Source: an uncultured Candidatus Nitrosopelagicus sp. (GTDB lineage: Archaea; Thermoproteota; Nitrososphaeria; Nitrososphaerales; Nitrosopumilaceae). Taken from it: 64,000 bases of DNA. Both the position numbers and the translations under genes were made by a program. Shown here piece by piece: positions 58,930 to 64,000 of the stretch; within the stretch, counting starts at the first letter, position 1; each line of letters opens with the position of its first letter. The stretch spans positions 836 through 64,835 of the forward strand of contig CAZEES010000003.1 of the NCBI GenBank assembly GCA_964511265.1, in the 5' to 3' direction. A model generated the notes under the pieces. That model made no database searches and was not told where the DNA came from. It saw only the letters and a program-made list of their open reading frames with translations.

Positions 58930-59990
58930 ATCAAAAGCATCTCCTTAATTTTATCTAATGATAGATCATAACGTTTTCCATACGTTATTCTTTTTAGATT
59001 TTCATATTCATATTCGGCATGAAAAATGAAATAGAAAATTGTACCTATCGATAATGCTATGTTTCTTAGTTTTTTGACATAATTTGTGTTGATTAGTTTT
59101 GTAAGCTCTATTTCAAAAATTATCAAACTGTTTTCGGTTTTATATTGTTCAAGTGCTTCGTTTAGTTTGTAGTATGATTCTATTCTTCCGACAATTTCTG
59201 CAACATCTTTAGTTTCGTAAATATCAAGTAATTCTTTTGCAGGTATTCTTCCAATGTCTATCAGGTGTTCAGATAAAATTTCTTTGCCAATGTTTGACTC
59301 TTTTGCTTTTAGTAAATTTAGAATATTTTTCTTGTCAATTTCTGCACGAATCAATTCTCTAATGACACCTTCATCCCCTTGAAAAAATTTTAGAGATTCT
59401 AAGAGTTTTTGATAGTATGCTTCATGTATTGCAGACATCATTGGTCCTAGATCACCTGTCTTTTGATAATCATCTAGATGCTTCATTAGTATTGCACCAT
59501 AATCATATTTTGCAAGCTTGTTTACAACTCCTTCAACACTTGTTTCAGATAGAATAATTTTGATTTCATCATGAGGAATTACGCCTGCTTCAATTCCTGC
59601 TGGCACATTTCTACTAGAGACTAACAGTGATTCAGTTTCAGTAATTGTTCTACCCATCATTTTTGAAGAAAGAATTAACTCAATGTTGTAGAGATCCCAT
59701 TTTGAAAGAAAAGTTCTTACTGCATTTTTTCCACTAAATGGAACTGCTTCTAAAATGATTTTATTTGTTTCAACAAGATGACGATTGAAAGCTACTTCCA
59801 AAAGTTCTGCACCACTAAACGTTGATGCTGCTTTTTTGATCTCTTGACCATACCATGTAGATTCCAATTGCTTTGTCATATCATTGATATCATTTGCCTT
59901 GAGAAGATTTTGTAAGACATCTTCAGATAAAAAATTAATTGAGATTGATTGCAGTCGCCCAAATGAAGATGAGTATTGCGATGTACCCAT
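58926..59990 (-). CDS. atpC: V-type-like ATPase subunit C (d)
   Basis: WDLYNIELIL, AEIDKKNI, AEYEYENLKRI. Confidence 0.88.
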   Translation of the reverse strand: MGTSQYSSSFGRLQSISINFLSEDVLQNLLKANDINDMTKQLESTWYGQEIKKAASTFSGAELLEVAFNRHLVETNKIILEAVPFSGKNAVRTFLSKWDLYNIELILSSKMMGRTITETESLLVSSRNVPAGIEAGVIPHDEIKIILSETSVEGVVNKLAKYDYGAILMKHLDDYQKTGDLGPMMSAIHEAYYQKLLESLKFFQGDEGVIRELIRAEIDKKNILNLLKAKESNIGKEILSEHLIDIGRIPAKELLDIYETKDVAEIVGRIESYYKLNEALEQYKTENSLIIFEIELTKLINTNYVKKLRNIALSIGTIFYFIFHAEYEYENLKRITYGKRYDLSLDKIKEMLLI

Positions 59991-60547
59991 TATAAAATCT
60001 CCTCAAGAATTGAGGTTTTGATCTCGTCTTCGTTGTTTCGTAATAATTCTTCAAAAGTTAAATCAAGTTCTTTGGTTCCATCACTATTTTCAGCAACAAT
60101 TCCTCCTAGTGTTTGGATTGTAGAACCAAGTGTAACATCAGAATCATTGAAGAGTGATTTATCCTCTTCTTTAAAATGAATTGTGATGTTTTCTCCTAGA
60201 GCATTTTTTGAAGTTTTGATCATCTTTTCTAAGACATTTTTGTATTCTGGATTTTTGGTATATTTTTCAAGATCTTTTTTTATAATTTCAAATGTTGAAT
60301 CTAGGTTTTTGTTGATTGCATCAAATAAGATTTTCTTAGCTTCTAATTTTCCTCCTTCAAGAATTCGAGCTTCCTCTCTATCAGATCTTGATTTTGCTTC
60401 TTTCTCATAATTATCTTTGAGTTCTTGAATTACAGTATTTTTTTTGTCTTCAATCTCAGATTTTTTATCATTTAATTCCTTTTCTAGCGTACTCATGTCA
60501 CTTTTTTTTCTACTTTCTATTTCTTGTATGAAAATCTCGATACTCAT
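59990..60547 (-). CDS. atpE: V-type-like ATPase subunit E
   Basis: N-terminal coiled coil, LGGIVAENSDG..ELDLTFE. Confidence 0.88.
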   Translation of the reverse strand: MSIEIFIQEIESRKKSDMSTLEKELNDKKSEIEDKKNTVIQELKDNYEKEAKSRSDREEARILEGGKLEAKKILFDAINKNLDSTFEIIKKDLEKYTKNPEYKNVLEKMIKTSKNALGENITIHFKEEDKSLFNDSDVTLGSTIQTLGGIVAENSDGTKELDLTFEELLRNNEDEIKTSILEEIL

Positions 60548-60556
60548 GAGATTCTC

Positions 60557-60898
60557 CTACAAGATATCTAGCAAGAGAATTATTCCCAGAACGAATCCAA
60601 TTATCCAAAGTGTTTCAGGAATAACAAAGAAGAATAAGACCTGACCAAATTTCTCTGGTTTTTCAGCTATAATTCCCATACCTGCTGCACCTATTCCTTG
60701 TTGTGCATTACCAGTTCCGATAAGACCTCCTGCTATGGCAATTGCTGCGGCTAATGCCAGAATTGGTTTTGTTAGATCTCCACCAGTAGAACCTTCTGCT
60801 GCAAATACTTCAGTTGGAGAGAAAACGGTAAATAGTAAAAGTACTCCTCCAAATACCCCAATCCCTACTCGGGAAGATTTGGAAAGTGAAAACATCAC
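60557..60898 (-). CDS. atpK: V-type-like ATPase proteolipid K (c), single hairpin with signal peptide
   Basis: AQQGIGAAGMG.IAEKPE...IPETLWIIG. Confidence 0.93.
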   Translation of the reverse strand: MMFSLSKSSRVGIGVFGGVLLLFTVFSPTEVFAAEGSTGGDLTKPILALAAAIAIAGGLIGTGNAQQGIGAAGMGIIAEKPEKFGQVLFFFVIPETLWIIGFVLGIILLLDIL

Positions 60899-60917
60899 TT
60901 TGAGGATCCAGTTGATC

Positions 60918-60923
60918 TTTATA
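60918..60923 (-). promoter_or_regulatory. TATA box of the second ATPase operon
   Basis: TATAAA 20-25 nt upstream of the GTG/ATG of atpK, consistent with a leaderless first gene. Confidence 0.55.
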
Positions 60924-61038
60924 GGAATTATCTTCCCTGAAAAATTTAAAAATATGTTTCAACATAATGATTGTTTAGAAAAAATTTCGATAAAATAGCG
61001 ATCAGAATAAAATAAAAATTTAAAAAATTTCTCTGTGA

Positions 61039-61377
61039 TTATTGTCCTAATATAATGAACATCATTACGATACCATAGATAGCAATTGATTCTACCATTC
61101 CGATAAAGATGAACACTTTAGACTGTAATGCTGGGTTTTCAGTAATTACTGCTAAACCTGCAGAACCGACATAACCTAAACCAATTCCTGCACCCATTGC
61201 TGCAAGTCCAAATGCAAGTCCTGCACCGATTAGTTTTGATCCATCGGACAATCCTCCTGCTGGCGATGCCTCTTCTGCAAATGCAACAGTGCCTAAGCCT
61301 GAAACAGAAACTGCAAGAGTCGCAAGTAGTAAAATTGAGAGTGGTTTCATTTTCATTTTTTGAAATCTAGAGACCAT
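61039..61377 (-). CDS. atpK: A-type ATP synthase proteolipid K (c), native operon
   Basis: GAGIGLGYVGSA...ENP...MVESIAIYG. Confidence 0.94.
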   Translation of the reverse strand: MVSRFQKMKMKPLSILLLATLAVSVSGLGTVAFAEEASPAGGLSDGSKLIGAGLAFGLAAMGAGIGLGYVGSAGLAVITENPALQSKVFIFIGMVESIAIYGIVMMFIILGQ

Positions 61378-61400
61378 ATTTAAACCAACACCTAATTTTA

Positions 61401-61532
61401 TCAGATCTGATCCAGAGTTTTCTTTTTTGCAGATTTTAATTGATCTTTAATTGTTTTTGCAGAATTTTCATATTCTTGATCTAAAGTTTTTTTAGATTTT
61501 TCAAGTAGTCTTTTTATTTCATCTTTTGCCAT
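61401..61532 (-). CDS. 43-aa charged coiled-coil microprotein (not in ORF track)
   Basis: MAKDEIKRLLEKSKKTLDQEYENSAKTIKDQLKSAKKKTLDQI; ATG abuts atpD stop. Confidence 0.65.
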   Translation of the reverse strand: MAKDEIKRLLEKSKKTLDQEYENSAKTIKDQLKSAKKKTLDQI

Positions 61533-62165
61533 TTACTGTCTTTTCTCCATTGAAGCTTTCACTTTTTTTAACCTTGCGAATTCTTCTCTTTCTCTTTCTT
61601 CTAATGTTGCTAGTATAAATCGAACTCTTTGTTTGTATTGAGGAATGATGACATTTTCCAAGGCGTTTAGTAGTTTTTGCGTCTTTTCAAGTGCTTTTGC
61701 GAGACTAAATATTGAATTTTCAAATTCAGCGGCCTTGCAGATCTTTGGAAGTAAATCTTTGATTAGTTTTGCACCACGATCAATAGATGCATTGGTATCT
61801 GCAAATCCATATGGAATTGATTTTGTATCTTTTTCAGTAACGCTTAACACAGGAATAGTTACATCAACTACACGTTTTACATCAGAATCTACCTCCATAA
61901 CACCAGGGGTTGATTGTGCTACAGAATCAACTGTTCCTACTCCTAGAGATAGGTATGATTCGTTAACTGATTGGTAGATTTCCTGTAAAGGTTCCCAAAT
62001 TCCACCTCTAGTTTTTTGTGCTTCAGTAATCATTTCTTCAATATTTTTTAGTAAAACTTTACGTTTGTCATCTAGAATTTTTTGTACCATTGAAGCAACT
62101 TGGTTAGAACGTTTGTATTTGAACAACTCAATTTTTGTTGCTGTGACGTTTTGTCCAAATGACAT
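61533..62165 (-). CDS. atpD: A-type ATP synthase subunit D
   Basis: TATKIEL, ILDDKRKVL, LNALENVIIP. Confidence 0.93.
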   Translation of the reverse strand: MSFGQNVTATKIELFKYKRSNQVASMVQKILDDKRKVLLKNIEEMITEAQKTRGGIWEPLQEIYQSVNESYLSLGVGTVDSVAQSTPGVMEVDSDVKRVVDVTIPVLSVTEKDTKSIPYGFADTNASIDRGAKLIKDLLPKICKAAEFENSIFSLAKALEKTQKLLNALENVIIPQYKQRVRFILATLEEREREEFARLKKVKASMEKRQ

Positions 62166-62170
62166 TAGAA

Positions 62171-63553
62171 TTATTCCTTGTAGTATTGTTCTACGTATTT
62201 GTCTTTAACTTTGGTTAATTCATTCTTTGGAAGTTTAGAGACACAGTTCCATTGTAATCCTAATGTTTCTTCAATTGTTCTATCTTCGTCAATTGCTTGT
62301 GACAAGAATTTCTTTTCAAATTCATCACCAAAATTCATGTAATTAAGATCAACAGGGGTTAGTCCTGCTTTTCCCACGATTCCTGCAAGGGCTCTAACTT
62401 CCTGAGCACGGGAATATGCATCATAGTTTTGATTAGATATTTCCTGATGATCAGCACGTGTACTTCCTTCACCAATTCCATCTTTCATGATTCTGCTAAG
62501 GCTCATCAAGATGTTGATAGGTGGATAAACTCCTTGTCTAAATAAATCTCGTCCAAGTACAAGTTGTCCTTCTGTAATGTATCCAGTAAGGTCTGGAATT
62601 GGATGTGTGATATCATCAGATGGCATGGTTAGGATTGGCATTTGAGTTACACTTCCTTTTTTACCTCTTAGTCTTCCTGCTCGTTCATAAATTGTAGAAA
62701 GATCAGTGTAAAGATAGCCAGGATAGCCTTTTCTTCCTGGTACTTCCTCTCGTGCAGCACTAATTTCACGAAGTGCTTCAGCATAGTTTGTCATATCAGT
62801 TAGAATAACGAGTACGTGCATTCCCAAGTCATATGCAAGATATTCTGCCACAGTTAATGCCACTCTAGGTGTGATAATTCTCTCAATTGCAGGATCGTCT
62901 GCAAGATTCAAAAATAGTACACTTCTTTTTAGTGCACCAGATTCTTCTAAACTTCTTTTGAAATATTCTGCTTCGCTGTATTGCACACCAATTGCTGCAA
63001 AGACTACAGCAAACTCATCTTTTGTTCCAACAATTGCTGCTTGACGTGCAATTTGTGCGGCCAAGATATTATGTGACATACCAGAGCCGGAAAATATTGG
63101 GAGTTTTTGTCCTCTTACCAAAGTGAGCATTCCATCAATTACAGAAACGCCTGTTTGGATGAAATCTTTTGGATATTCTCTTTGTTCAGGATTCATTGGT
63201 GCTCCGTTAATATCTAAAAATGATGTTGCAACTGGCTCTGGAAGACCGTCTTTTGCTCTTCCTAATCCATCAAAAACTCTACCTAGTACTTGTTCTGATA
63301 CTGGCATCTCCATAACTTTGCCAACAAATTTTGCATTTGTTCCAGAAACAGAAAGACCTGTTGTACCTTCAAAGACCTGAACAACTGCTTTACCATTTCC
63401 AACCTCTAAGACTTTTCCTAAACGTTTTTCACCTTCAGTTGTTTCAATTTCTACTAGCTCATCAAATGCTGCATTTTCAACACCGTCAACAATTACAAGT
63501 GGTCCTTTGATTTCAGCAATCTTGCTGTATTGAACTCCGCCTTGAGTGGTCAA
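62171..63553 (-). CDS. atpB: A-type ATP synthase subunit B
   Basis: [40 protein letters not shown]. Confidence 0.96.
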   Translation of the reverse strand: MTTQGGVQYSKIAEIKGPLVIVDGVENAAFDELVEIETTEGEKRLGKVLEVGNGKAVVQVFEGTTGLSVSGTNAKFVGKVMEMPVSEQVLGRVFDGLGRAKDGLPEPVATSFLDINGAPMNPEQREYPKDFIQTGVSVIDGMLTLVRGQKLPIFSGSGMSHNILAAQIARQAAIVGTKDEFAVVFAAIGVQYSEAEYFKRSLEESGALKRSVLFLNLADDPAIERIITPRVALTVAEYLAYDLGMHVLVILTDMTNYAEALREISAAREEVPGRKGYPGYLYTDLSTIYERAGRLRGKKGSVTQMPILTMPSDDITHPIPDLTGYITEGQLVLGRDLFRQGVYPPINILMSLSRIMKDGIGEGSTRADHQEISNQNYDAYSRAQEVRALAGIVGKAGLTPVDLNYMNFGDEFEKKFLSQAIDEDRTIEETLGLQWNCVSKLPKNELTKVKDKYVEQYYKE

Positions 63554-63999
63554 TTTTGAACCTTTACTCCCGTAACAGTTTTGAATTGTTCTGCCATGTC
63601 AGTTTGGATCTTATCTAATTTATCCATCTCATCATCTTTTACATCCATTCTTGCTTTAAGCAAAGATGAGACTACGTCCATGGAACGAATGTCAGCTAAT
63701 GCTGCGCCGTCTTTGAGTGCTTGTTGACCTTGATTGTAAAAGTCAACTTGTAATTTCATTAATTTGAATTGTTTTTCAGGGCTGCAATAAGTATCGACAT
63801 CATCAAAGGAGTTTTGTTGTAAGATTCCAATCTTAATCATTCTTGCAACTTCTAAGATTAGTTTTTCTTCGTCTGGAAGTGCTTCTGGTCCTAGCAGTTT
63901 AACGATTTCTTTTAGTGTGTCTTCTCTTTGTAGGATTCCGTATGTTTCACTTCGTATGTTTAGCCACTGATCACTGATGTTTTCTGACCACCATTTTGC
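63550..63999 (-). CDS. atpA: A-type ATP synthase subunit A, C-terminal part (runs off window)
   Basis: Frame open to window edge: ...[43 protein letters not shown]. Confidence 0.93.
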   Translation of the reverse strand, partial: AKWWSENISDQWLNIRSETYGILQREDTLKEIVKLLGPEALPDEEKLILEVARMIKIGILQQNSFDDVDTYCSPEKQFKLMKLQVDFYNQGQQALKDGAALADIRSMDVVSSLLKARMDVKDDEMDKLDKIQTDMAEQFKTVTGVKVQN

Positions 64000-64000
64000 T

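Noticed and set aside
27094-60993. Identical 16-mer GAAAAAATTTCGATAA upstream of rps19e (about 27094) and of the acquired ATPase operon (about 60978)
   Set aside because: A rough estimate for AT-rich 64 kb gives order-one chance matches of this length; no other support.
273-63380. Numerous antisense or overlapping ORFs in the track (e.g. 273-740, 1416-1814, 4823-5212, 8816-9223, 47091-47447, 56058-56423)
   Set aside because: Shadow frames of well-supported genes with no recognisable motifs.

Overview
AT-rich archaeal chromosomal window from a marine ammonia-oxidising thaumarchaeote (Nitrosopumilaceae, Nitrosopelagicus/deep-water-like). The taxonomy is inferred from gene content: PEFG-CTERM and CFI-box-CTERM surface proteins, cupredoxins, TFE, NAC, thermosome. 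Core content: thermosome, rpl44e/rps27e, late cobalamin genes (cobD-cbiP-cbiB-cobS-cobY), asd, heme o synthase, a hybrid riboflavin operon, rps19e, rnp4, tRNA-Gly(TCC), B12-dependent ribonucleotide reductase, thiolase/DUF35, pyrB/pyrI. Most notable: (1) two different ATP synthase operons back to back, the native A-type (A-B-D-orf-K) and a complete Thermoplasma-like K-E-C-F-A-B-D-H-I operon with Shine-Dalgarno motifs, an atpD lacking a canonical start codon and a hidden 43-aa membrane ORF; (2) a 9.5-kb surface-protein cluster around a CopC-CopD fusion in which five secreted proteins are predicted to begin with His1, with a candidate structured small RNA inside it; (3) a wHTH-ATP-cone-catalytically dead NrdD fusion upstream of nrdJ, with two related palindromes between them; (4) a 2.5-kb island of tiny Zn-finger, cupredoxin and regulator genes between rnp4 and rps19e. 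Several real-looking ORFs under 60 aa are absent from the supplied ORF track. No CRISPR array, transposase or integrase was seen. All family assignments come from motif recognition by eye; no database search was run.
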